Assembly (NCBI GenBank): GCA_024137785.1
Contig: JAHRHZ010000115.1
Span: forward strand, 418,668-482,667
DNA length: 64,000 nucleotides
Direction: 5' to 3'
Source: Ginglymostoma cirratum
Lineage: Eukaryota
Each line of letters opens with the position of its first letter. Position 1 is the first letter of the stretch. The position numbers and the translations under genes are program-made. Under the pieces are notes generated by a model that saw nothing but the letters and a program-made list of their open reading frames with translations, had not been told where the DNA came from and did no database searches. Positions 23,716 through 33,555 of the stretch are shown piece after piece.

Positions 23716-26700
23716 GAATACAATGAACTTGACACTCTCTAGGACAAAATAGCCTGCTTGTTTGACAGTACATAAACGATGTTAATCATTAACACCTTTC
23801 AGCAACCAGGAATAGTTACAGACCGTTTTCACGATGGACTTAACATTTCAGCAATTATCCAAGTGTACTTTGATAGCCCTTCTGAATTATAGAAACTCTA
23901 TAGGAACTATGGAGGAACAAAACTAGGAATTGCATTGTCGTAAATTTACTGTCACTGGATCTCAAGCCTGGAACTCCCCTTCCAAAACAACTGTGCGTGT
24001 GGCTGCACCAGAAGATTCACTCGAATTGAAATGTATTAAAATCGTTTCTGGTATGATTTGACGGTTGCCAGTACCACTAACAGCCCACGATAGATCCTCC
24101 AATAATAATATGTAAGATAGTTTCCGATTCCACATTGTGCCACGAACATGTCACGGACAACTCAGGCACAAATTAAACATACAGCATGCTATTTCCTCTG
24201 CCTTTCTCAATCGAATGACTCCCTAGGCAGGTACATTATTTGTAACAAATGATTTCAAAACTCTCGCAGTCTGTCTCTCATTTCTGAAGAATTTATTCTG
24301 ATTGTAACAATTTGGTCACAGTACCAATTTCTGAGACGCCTAATCAAATATTATATTCCTGGCAGATAAAAGTGTTTTCGAAGCACCAGATGAAATTGAG
24401 CTATCTGCGATGCAAGAGACTGAACCAGACAATTTGTAACGGCCAAGACCAGTTTACAACGCAGTGAGAAGTAGCACAGACACAAACTGTACAACACTCT
24501 TGATCCTAGCAGATAAGTCGGTTCAATCGTTCACGTCAAATGTTACAGATTCACTTTATTTTAAATTTCATAATAGAAACTAGCCAGAGGTAAATATTAA
24601 AGTGAATGAGAAGGCTTTCACAATGAACACAGATTACCAACTGTTTTAACAAACTTCATAAGTCTTTGTAATAAACAAAATTATTGTGATGGGACATTTC
24701 GCCAATTTAAGCAAATCTCAGGAGGAAATAAATTATTCTCTCAATTAAGTTCACATATTCTTAAAGCGTTTCTTTAAATTTGGAGATTTCGCACGCATTG
24801 TACAAAACTAGTATTTAATTCCATTGTGGAAACGCATTTCTGTTGAATAAATTGGGATACATATTTACTGTCAGGTTTTCTTTGCAATGGCAAGTTAATT
24901 TTATTATTAGCAGTTTCGCAGTGATGGATAAGTTTTTAAAATGAATGAAATGAAAACGTGTTTCTGCCGGAAGTTTACTGCTTAACCTGGTGTCAAAATA
25001 ATCATCTCACTTAATTAATGTGAACAATGTCATTCAGGTGGCTAAAATGCAACAATCGGTCAAATATATTAATTAAAGTAAATATTACTCTATTTCGTTG
25101 TTTGAAATAAACAATGTGCTCAACTACCCTCTCGTTACAGCTTCTGAAAAATTGTAAACGCTGCAATGTCTGAACACATAGATATATCATGCATCAACTG
25201 CATTCGCAGTAAGCATTAACATGATGAGTTCATGCGTGGAAAATTTGAATTAATTCGAACTCCAGTCTTGGTTAGATAATCCACTAGAACAGTTGCTTCC
25301 TACCGAGTGATTCTTGAGTTGATATGCTGTCGTAAAAAGTAATTCTACGTATTTAAATCATAAGGATTGGGAAAAAATAAATCACTGTGTGAATTAAAAT
25401 TAAAGTTTTATTTTTATTCCCACAAATCTAGTTTAATCAAGGATCTAAAAGTCAATTTATACAAGTTACTTGCAAACCTGATCAATGCGGTGTAATCAAT
25501 CTGGTCTTCATCAAAGTATTTCAGGCAGAATTGCTAAATATGCTTTGTCAATTATCTAGTCCAGCCGTAAAACTTCTGTGTAGTGTGCGGCAGAATTGAA
25601 AGGTGATTATTTATGATGTCACCATAACGGAAATTTTGCTCAATATCAAGAATTATCAGAACATTATATTTCTGAAATTCTGTTTTTTTTAACGACTTGT
25701 AAACTGTTCAAAGACAGACCCTGAAATCGAAATAGCTAATTGATTACAATGCATGGTTTAGGTTAATCTGTAATTATTATTTATAAGTAAAAACCACGCC
25801 CTAAGGTATCTGTTTTCTCTTAATTTGCAAAGCCCTTGCAATCTGCCTTTTGCTCAATATTAGGCTTTAGGAAATTTCAACTTGCATATTGTTTGCACTC
25901 AATGAGAAAACTGGACTGGTTCACTGTCACCAATGATGTGAACAATGCAAGAACAATGTAGAAACCAAAAACAGTTTCACCAATATTACAAATTTAAAGC
26001 CGCTCAAGCACATTCTCTTCTCAACAGAACAAAGATCAACAAATCAAAACACAGGGACAGTAATGTGATTGCAGCAGAATTGGCTCTGCAAGCATTTTCA
26101 ACAGAACCAAAATGTAACATCACAAAAATATCTCAAATTGTAATCCAACAAAACTGCTCACCATCAAACAAGCTAATGGTTAAATGATATAGAAATAAGA
26201 AGTAATAACAGCAGCATTGTTTGTAAGGTGACTTACGTCACAACAAATAAAGCTTGCATGTTTTTAGCAGTAATTCAAATTATTTCCAACTTGTACACAT
26301 TACCGGTTCATGCCAATCTTTAACAAAGCACAATAGAACAGTTGGGGGCATATATACATTAATCACTTTAAGGTCAAAACAAAATTAGTTCAATCTTCAA
26401 ATATTACCAAATTATAATTGTACTTTGTAATAATTTTAGTCTCAGTTATGAAATCTGATCAATTAGGCAGTTTGAGATTTTAGTCCTAAATTGTATTGTA
26501 TTCTGAGTGAGTCTAGCGAAAACAGACTTTACCTACATTACAAATGGAACGGATAATTTTTTAAAATCAAGCAGAAAAAATATCATTCTTTCATTCTCCA
26601 CACCTTCAGTTTTTCTGTCTTAAGTCTGTTTTCAGACAATTATAAATGGAAAGAATGTTTTTAATCAATTAGAAAAATAAATGTCGCCACAAGAGTTTAT

Positions 26701-27503
26701 CAAATGCAGAAACCACGTAGGAAAAGAAAAGAACTTCGCAAATTTTAATTAGCAAAAGTAATTCAGAGGGAAAATCTCTTCAACAGAGAAGAAGAGAAAA
26801 CATCGATTACAGAAAGCATGAAACCCGTTGAAAACGACCTTTGATTCCACAAATTGAATCAGAATGCAAACAACACCATTCAGCAGAATCAAGTAAAATA
26901 AACTCAGAATGCAATCAACTCGATTCCAGGCATTGAAATAAATGAGAATCAAAAACCGATTAACTCAAATCACAGAATTAAGTGTAACAATAAAATTTAA
27001 AGATTCTAACCTGTTTGGCATCAACAAAATTAGCAATCTAAACCACAAGTAGAATAATGTTAAGAATATTATTTGTATATGGAATATATTCAAGAAATTA
27101 ATAATGATATGTTAGCATAGCTTGAGCACGCTTGGTACCATTTCAAACACCTTTTGATTCTTAACGTTTGCTGTCGACAATAAAATTCGCAGATGTTGAG
27201 TATCAATGACATTGAACGCTGTTTATGCGTCATTACTGTCTAAGAGACTTCAGGTGTTTCAACTAACACAGGCACAAAGAAAGTCCATCCGACAAAAAAA
27301 AATAGTTCGATCAATTGAATCCCTCACCTGCGCCTTATTTACTTGCTGAGGCTTAATTGAAGTCTACAAACACTGTTCATAAAAATGAACAGGAACGAAA
27401 CCAAGCTCAACAATGAAGCAGAGTTCATTTAACTCAGAATTACTGATATGAATAGAAAGTTAAATCTAATATAACGAATGGTAAGGAAGCTGAAGTTTCT
27501 TAC

Positions 27504-27550
27504 CTGCGGCCACTGTCACCATCATTCACTGTCCCCAGTGAGCAAGGTAG
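27504..27550 (-). pseudogene. IGHJ: JH segment with in-frame stop (YLAHWGQ*MMVTVAA)
   Basis: TGG GGA CAG TGA ATG ATG GTG ACA GTG GCC GCA G|GTAAG. The second Gly of WGxG is TGA at 27526-27528. Confidence 0.93.
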
Positions 27551-27589
27551 CACAGCATTGCATTGCCTGCACAGGGTCACACAGTAACT
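27551..27589 (+). promoter_or_regulatory. JH 23-RSS (weak nonamer)
   Basis: CACAGCA (27551-27557) abuts J, then 23 bp and ACAGTAACT (6/9 to consensus). Nonamer assignment is less certain. Confidence 0.65.
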
Positions 27590-27895
27590 CTCTGCACAAA
27601 ACAAACAAAAGTCTGCATTATCTTAAATATTCGTAACGACAGGCAAAATACAGTCACGATAAATCTTCATCCCATTTTAGTTGTACTGGTGGATACTTTT
27701 TACTCTTGACAACTGTTTCTAATATTTTATGCTTCACAGAGTAACAAATGAATTGATGCTCAAAATCACAACTATCACTGCTTTTACAAATTAAACCGTG
27801 ATATTTGCATAATACTCCGCAGAAATGATACTGCACTGCAAGGTTGGACTGTTTGCAAAAATAGGCACTGACCCAATTTGAAACAGTTCTGAATG

Positions 27896-27923
27896 GGTTT
27901 CTGTATTGATCATAAGTGCAGTG
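27896..27923 (-). promoter_or_regulatory. D2 3' 12-RSS
   Basis: CACTGCA (27923-27917), 12 bp, ACAGAAACC (27904-27896). Confidence 0.85.
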
Positions 27924-27937
27924 CCATCCCAGTATGT
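27924..27937 (-). other. IGHD: DH2 segment ACATACTGGGATGG
   Basis: 14-bp core flanked by two 12-RSSs. Open in all three frames (TYWD / HTGM / ILGW). Confidence 0.9.
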
Positions 27938-27965
27938 CACTGTGAGACTCATTACGTCAAATACT
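27938..27965 (+). promoter_or_regulatory. D2 5' 12-RSS (non-consensus)
   Basis: CACTGTG (27938-27944), 12 bp, TCAAATACT (27957-27965). Confidence 0.8.
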
Positions 27966-28275
27966 ATATCGGACTGTAAATTGTAAAATGCGGATACTTA
28001 ATTTCATTGCTTCCCAGAAAACAACGATTCAGACACCTGTTTAGATTATTCAATGCAATACTTCCGTTTCTGCTCCTCATTGCATTCTTAAAGGTGTTTG
28101 GAATACTTTCAAGAGTTATGTGCACATTTAATGTGGCCATAAACATGGAGAAAGTAGAAGAATTCTATACATCTTTACAAACTATCACTACTAGTCTGCT
28201 TTTTAATTAAGTCTCTCATTATCTGTCTCTCCTAACATGGTAGCAGTCACCAATTTGACGTAAACCCTTGTCAAT

Positions 28276-28313
28276 GGTTTTTGTATGAGAATGTCGCTGT
28301 GCACATCACTGTG
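28276..28313 (-). promoter_or_regulatory. D1 3' 22-RSS
   Basis: CACAGTG (28313-28307), 22 bp, consensus ACAAAAACC (28284-28276). Confidence 0.95.
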
Positions 28314-28327
28314 ACCCAATGTAGTAT
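28314..28327 (-). other. IGHD: DH1 segment ATACTACATTGGGT
   Basis: 14-bp core between two heptamers. Open in all three frames (ILHW / YYIG / TTLG). Confidence 0.93.
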
Positions 28328-28355
28328 CACAGTGATATAGAACCGCACAAAAGCT
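28328..28355 (+). promoter_or_regulatory. D1 5' (V-facing) 12-RSS
   Basis: CACAGTG (28328-28334), 12 bp, ACAAAAGCT (28347-28355). Confidence 0.93.
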
Positions 28356-28715
28356 GCACTCATTTTCTGTTGTATATTCTGTCTCGCTATTGATGTCAAA
28401 TTTTGTACTGAGCGTGTTTAGAATTAATCTCTAGTTTACAAAACACTACGGACAGAGATTTCCTTAACTGTGAGATGTAGTAAAACTAACATGTTCAAAC
28501 CTTTAATTGATGGAAGTGTTAACAGTAGACTCCACATACCCAAACCATTACTCTCTCAAATCAATTAGTTTGTTAGTTTAAATTGTACTTTCTTCTGCAA
28601 TAGTTTTTGTAAGAAGTGGCTTTAGGCCTGATTTACTTCACCATGGTAATATTGTATTTAAAAATTGTACTAACCGTCTGTTTACGGTGGAGTTTACAAA
28701 ATGACGCGTCGCATT

Positions 28716-28754
28716 GTTTTTTGAAATGGTCCGGCCCTGGTTCCTCTCACTGTG
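28716..28754 (-). promoter_or_regulatory. VH 3' recombination signal sequence (23-RSS)
   Basis: CACAGTG (28754-28748), 23-bp spacer, TCAAAAAAC (28724-28716). Confidence 0.95.
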
Positions 28755-29059
28755 GTCGCTTGCACAATAATAGATGGCAGTGTCTTCAATCTTTAGGGTC
28801 TTCATGTCCAACGCGAAGATATTGTTTGAAGTGTCTTTGGACGCTGTAAAGCGATCTTTAATTGTTGGGGCATAGCTGTTGTCTGATGAACTGTAGTAGT
28901 AAACCAGCCACTCCAGCCCCTGTCCTTGAACTTGCCGGACCCAGTACATGTTGTAGCTGCCAACATCAAACCCGCTGGTTTTGCAGATCAGTCTTAGCGG
29001 GCGTTCGGGGCGGCCGGTCTCTGATTCTGGTTGAGTCAAAATAATCTCCGACAGGACAC
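28755..29059 (-). CDS. IGHV: VH exon, open frame
   Basis: Acceptor TTTGTGAAG|GT. Translates (S)[52 protein letters not shown]...[33 protein letters not shown], with both Cys, the FR2 Trp and the YYC motif. Followed directly by an RSS heptamer. Confidence 0.97.
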
Positions 29060-29184
29060 CTTCACAAAGAAAACAAAAAGCATGAGCATTAATGTTGATG
29101 AAATGGTTTCTGAGTCTTTAACATTCCACAGACAGACTACGACTGACTCAGTAACAATGACAGACTTGGAGAATAAATACTCAC

Positions 29185-29233
29185 TGGATAAGAAAGTCAG
29201 TAACAAATAGAGAAGAGTTGTCGTCTTAATCAT
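29185..29233 (-). CDS. IGHV: IgH leader (signal peptide) exon
   Basis: ATG at 29233 gives MIKTTTLLYLLLTFLS, then a phase-1 donor A|GTGAGT and a 125-bp intron to the V exon. Confidence 0.93.
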
Positions 29234-29320
29234 TTTGGTAGCTTAGGGAAAAAGGTCCTGTCAAGATCTTACGAAATAACCCAGATCCAGGAGAGTTGAA
29301 TTACAGTGCAGTGACCACAA

Positions 29321-29326
29321 TTTATA
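29321..29326 (-). promoter_or_regulatory. VH promoter TATA box
   Basis: TATAAA about 90 bp upstream of the leader ATG. No octamer seen nearby, as expected for shark VH promoters. Confidence 0.7.
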
Positions 29327-30536
29327 TGCCTATCAGAAGGGGCAGGCTCACAGGTTCCGCCTGTTTGTTTCCTGCTCGTGGTTGTGACTGGATCCTCGTA
29401 CCACCTTCCTCAGCCCTAACGGATGGGCTCACATAATTACGCGAAGTTATTCTTAAACATGGATTTTTATCCGTCTTGAGATATTCGTTTCCTTAATTAG
29501 CTTGTTTGGAAGCCTCCCCATACTTTTAATGGTGAAAGTAAAATTAAGCAGCTTGAGGTCTGGTTCAGATGAAAGTTTGCAGTGTTTTATTTGAAACAAT
29601 AAAACTATGTTCAATTGGAAATTAACTCCCTTTATTTTTACATTCATTCACAAACAAATAAAACTAAAAAAGTTCAATGATATTATCAACCAATAAAATT
29701 ACTGGCAATTTCTGTGGGCGCATCAAGTCTCTGTCACACTACAAATAACATAGAGTTCAAAATAGGCGTTTCTAAATTCAGTTTAGGCAACTTAATACAG
29801 AGCATGTCCAAAGTGATTATATTTAGGATATGGGTATATGTTGCTAAATAGCTCGGATCCAGAGAAAAAAAATTGTCCTTACATTGTAGAATGTCTCTCC
29901 TTGCTTTTTTTTCAAATTGCCCTGACCCTAAGATAGTCATTTGAAAATACAAAGTAATGGATAGCTACATGGCTAATGACCTGTGAATTGACAGTGAAAA
30001 ATGCACTCAGATAAACTTTTTAAAGATAATCTATTGAACCAGAAGACACCGGTCGATAAGTAAAAATATTCCTCAGCATCCAAATCGGGTAACTGCGTGG
30101 GTGCATCAGGAGTATATTTAAGTTACAGAGTATCACAAAAATAATTGCCACTGATGCATGTCTTAAACAGAATATTTCTCTCCTCGTTGCTAGCTATGAC
30201 AAGACTGTTACATGACAGAAATCAGAAGAAATTGAAAGCTACACTACAAAATCGCTGGACAGGTACATTATCACACTCAGTTTAAATCAGATGCATTAAT
30301 CAGAGAATGGTGCATCAAGCCACGCAAGGTTGAAAAAATTCAACTTTGTAAGTTTACTTTGAGTTGATAAAAAATGCAAGTACAACGCAAGTTTGGATTC
30401 ATTAAATTCATAGTCTAGAGTTGTTAAAAACTTAGAAACAGACTTAACTAAGTGGAACAACCTTTGGTTGAAAGCAATAGAAATTATTGGTGTACATCCC
30501 TGTTTTCCGATAGAAACACCGTGAATGCTGTGTTTA

Positions 30537-31681
30537 GAGATAATAGGTATTGCAGATGCTGGAGAATCCGAGATAACAAGGTGTGGAGCTGGATGAACAC
30601 AGCAGGCCAAGCAGCATCAGAGGAGCCGGGAGGCTTGACGTTTCTCGACTGGACCCTTCATCAGAAATGGGGGAGGGGAAGAGGGTTCTGAAATAAATAG
30701 GGAGAGAGGGGGAGCCGGATACAAGATGGATAGAGGAGAGGATAGGTGGAGAGGAGACAAACAGGTCAAAGAGGCGGGGATGGAACCAGTGAAGGTGAGT
30801 CTAGGTGGGGCGTGTGGGTAGGGAGGAGATAGGTCAGTCCAAGGAGGACGATCAGGTCAAGGGGGCGGGATGAGGTTAGTAGATAGGAGACGGGGGTGGG
30901 GCATGAGGTGGGAGGAGGAGATAGCTGAGAGGAAGAACAGGTTAGGGAGGCGGGGACGAGCTGGGCTGGTGTTGGGATGCGGTTGGGGGAGGGGAGATGT
31001 TGAAGCTTGTGAAATCCACATTGATACCATTGGGCTGCAGGGTTCCCAGGCTGAATATAATTTGCTGTTCCTGCAGCCTTCGGGTGGCATCATTGTGGCA
31101 TTGCAGGAAACCCAGGATGGACATGTCGTCTGAGGAATGGGAGGGGGAGTTGAAATGGTTCACGACTGGAAGGTGCAGTTGTTTGTTGCGAACTGAGTGC
31201 AGGTGTTCTGCAAAGCAGTCCACAAGCCTCCGCTTGGTTTCCCCATTTCACAAGCTTCAAAATCTCCCCTCCCCCAACCGCATCCCAAAACCAGCCCAGC
31301 CCATCCCCGCCTCCCTAACCTGTTCTTCCTCTCACATATCCCCTCCTCCCACCTCAAGCCCCACCCCCGTCTCCTATCTACTAACCTCATCCCGCCCCCT
31401 TGACCTGTCCGTCCTCCCTGGACTGACCTATCTCCTCTCTACCCCCCCATCTACACTCACGTTTACTGGCTCCATCCCCGCCTCTTTGACCTGTCTGTCT
31501 CCTCCTATTCTCTCCTCTACCCATCTTCTATCCGCCTCCCCCTCTCTCCCAATTTATTTCAGAACCCTCTTCCCCTCCCCCATTTCTGATGAAGGGTCTA
31601 GGCCCGAAACGTCAAGCTTTCCTGCTCTTATGACGCTGCTTGGCCTGCTGTGTTCATCCAGATCCACACCTTGTTATCTCG
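30537..31681. mobile_element. Penelope-like element 3' end in inverted-repeat arrangement
   Basis: ORF 30942-31223 is a GIY-YIG C-terminus (FAEHLHSVR...VNHFNSPSHS...QEQQIIFSLGTLQPNGINVDF). Arms 30569-31015 and 31245-31681 are reverse complements. Confidence 0.9.
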
Positions 31682-32114
31682 AATGCTGTGTTTAATTTTT
31701 TTAAAAAGAAGAAATACCAAGTGAAATGTGTCCTTTGTGGGTGAGTGTAAAATATAGTTTGTTTGGTTTGACTTTATTTTAGTTGATTCATATTCCCTTC
31801 CCTCCGCCAAGTACAACAGTTGGCAGCAATCAGGCCGACTGCCGAAATGGTCCTCGAGTTCCCAGGTTCATTTACCGGAAGCACCTGGAGTTTCTACAGT
31901 AAATCAAAGATATTTTCCCTCACTGTTGACCTCATGGTGGAAAGCCAGCTTCAAACCATAACCACTGCCTCAGCCTAGACAAATGTATTTTTCAGTTGCA
32001 TCGCTTTGAGAACTGATCCCTTCTCTCTTGAAAGGAAATACTTACAGAGTCTCCCAAACTATGTACATATCAACAGTTCACTGAAGGATCACTACATTAT
32101 AAAAGTGAGATCCA

Positions 32115-32240
32115 TAGATAGAAAGACAGACAGATAGATAGACAGTCATACTGATAGACAGAGAGAGAGAGGGATAGAAATATAGATAGATAGATAGACA
32201 GATTGATAGATAGATAGGTAGGTAGAAAGGTAAATAGATA
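32115..32240. repeat. Degenerate (GATA/GACA)n microsatellite
   Basis: Visible tetranucleotide runs. Resumes at 32526-32537 and about 33555-33620. Confidence 0.85.
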
Positions 32241-32544
32241 AAAACCAAAAGAACTGCGAATGCTATAAATCGGGAACAAAAACAAAGTTGCTGGAAAAGC
32301 TCAGCCGGTCTGGCAGCATCTGTGAAGGAGAAAACAGACTTAACGTTTCGGGTCCAGNNNNNNNNNNNNNNNNNNNNNNNNNNNNNNNNNNNNNNNNNNN
32401 NNNNNNNNNNNNNNNNNNNNNNNNNNNNNNNNNNNNNNNNNNNNNNNNNNNNNNNNNNNNNNNNNNNNNNNNNNNNNNNNNNNNNNNNNNNNNNNNNNNN
32501 NNNNNNNNNNNNNNNNNNNNNNNNNAGATAGATAGATGGTTAGC

Positions 32545-33555
32545 TAGTCATATAGTCATTGAATCATACAGCATGGAAACAAAGCCTTCTGACCAAAAAT
32601 TCCGTGCCGACAATAATCCCACACTTACTTAGTCCCAACTACCTGCACTTGGCCCACATCCTTCCAAACATGTCTTATTCGTGTAATTAAGGAAACGTCT
32701 TTTAAATGTTGTAATTGTACCTGGATCCAAACATTCCTCCGGAAAATCATTCCACAGACGACTTTCGATGTGAAAAAGGTTACTCTCATGTCTTTTATAA
32801 ATCTTTCTCCTCTCAAACTAAAAAAAAAACTGCCAACCCCCCACTGCCAGTCTTCAAATCACCCACCCTATGGAAACTACATCTACCATTCACCTTATCT
32901 ATAACCTACATGATTTTATAAACCTTTTAAATGTACCTCTGCAACTTCCTATAGTCCAGTGAAAAATGTCCCAGTCTATCCAGCTTCTCCTTATAACTCA
33001 AATCTTCGATTCCTGGCAACATCCTGTTAAACCTTTTTTGAAACATCTCCAGCTTTACAATATATATCCTATAACTGGGTGACCAGGCGTTCGGCACAAT
33101 CTCAACGTGACGTCCCACTTCATACATACAGAGGTCTGATCAATAAATATAAGCGTTCTAAACGCCTTCTTAACCACCCTGTGATTCACACTTCAAAGAA
33201 TTATAATCCTGAACCACAAGGTCTCTCAGTTCTATTAAACTGCTTCTGCCAATCCTCAGCCAATTAATCCAATTGATCAAGATCGCTTTGCAAATTTAGA
33301 TAACCTTCTTCACTGTCCATTATACACTAATTTTCGTGGCAAACATAAACATACTAATCATGTCTTCTAGTTTTCCATCGAAATCTTTTACATAAATCAT
33401 AAACAAAAGTGGTCCCAGCACTGATCTCTGTGGAACACCGGTGCCATCAGGCCTCCAATCCGAAAAAGAACCCTCCACCAACACCCTCTGTCTCCTGTAT
33501 TTAAGCCAAATGTGCATCCAATTGGCAAGATCACCCTGATTGCCATGCAATCTAA
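32545..33555 (-). mobile_element. CR1 LINE fragment
   Basis: ORFs with GVPQRSVLGPLLFMIYV and FNRMLPGIEDLSYKEKLDRLG. Confidence 0.88.

Larger units (their letters stand above)
7152..29233 (-). pseudogene. IGHM: Shark IgM heavy-chain cluster (L-V-D1-D2-J-Cmu1-4-Sec-TM1-TM2), germline configuration, disabled in J, Cmu1 and Cmu4
   Basis: All segments found in order with phase-compatible splice sites and RSSs. Stops at 27526-27528 (J), 17099-17101 (Cmu1) and 10345-10347 (Cmu4). Frameshifts at about 10500-10504 and about 10305. Confidence 0.95.

Noticed and set aside
27803-27810. Octamer ATTTGCAT between D2 and J, with others at 11899, 13214, 19213, 34040, 47617 and 59620
   Set aside because: Several are expected by chance in 64 kb of AT-rich DNA, and none is in the VH promoter.
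27866-27880. CACTG-ACCCAAT resembling D1 (possible third D relic)
   Set aside because: Incomplete heptamer, no second heptamer and no correctly spaced nonamer; likely chance.
7152-29233. Alternative identity as IgW, IgNAR or a germline-joined IgM
   Set aside because: Four C domains with mu-type motifs and tailpiece, a conventional VH with full FR2/CDR2, two D segments and all RSSs unjoined.
30997-31695. 232-aa and similar Pro/Ser- or Gly/Arg-rich ORFs (also 5975-6484 and 54060-54683)
   Set aside because: Alternative-frame or antisense readings of Penelope repeats.
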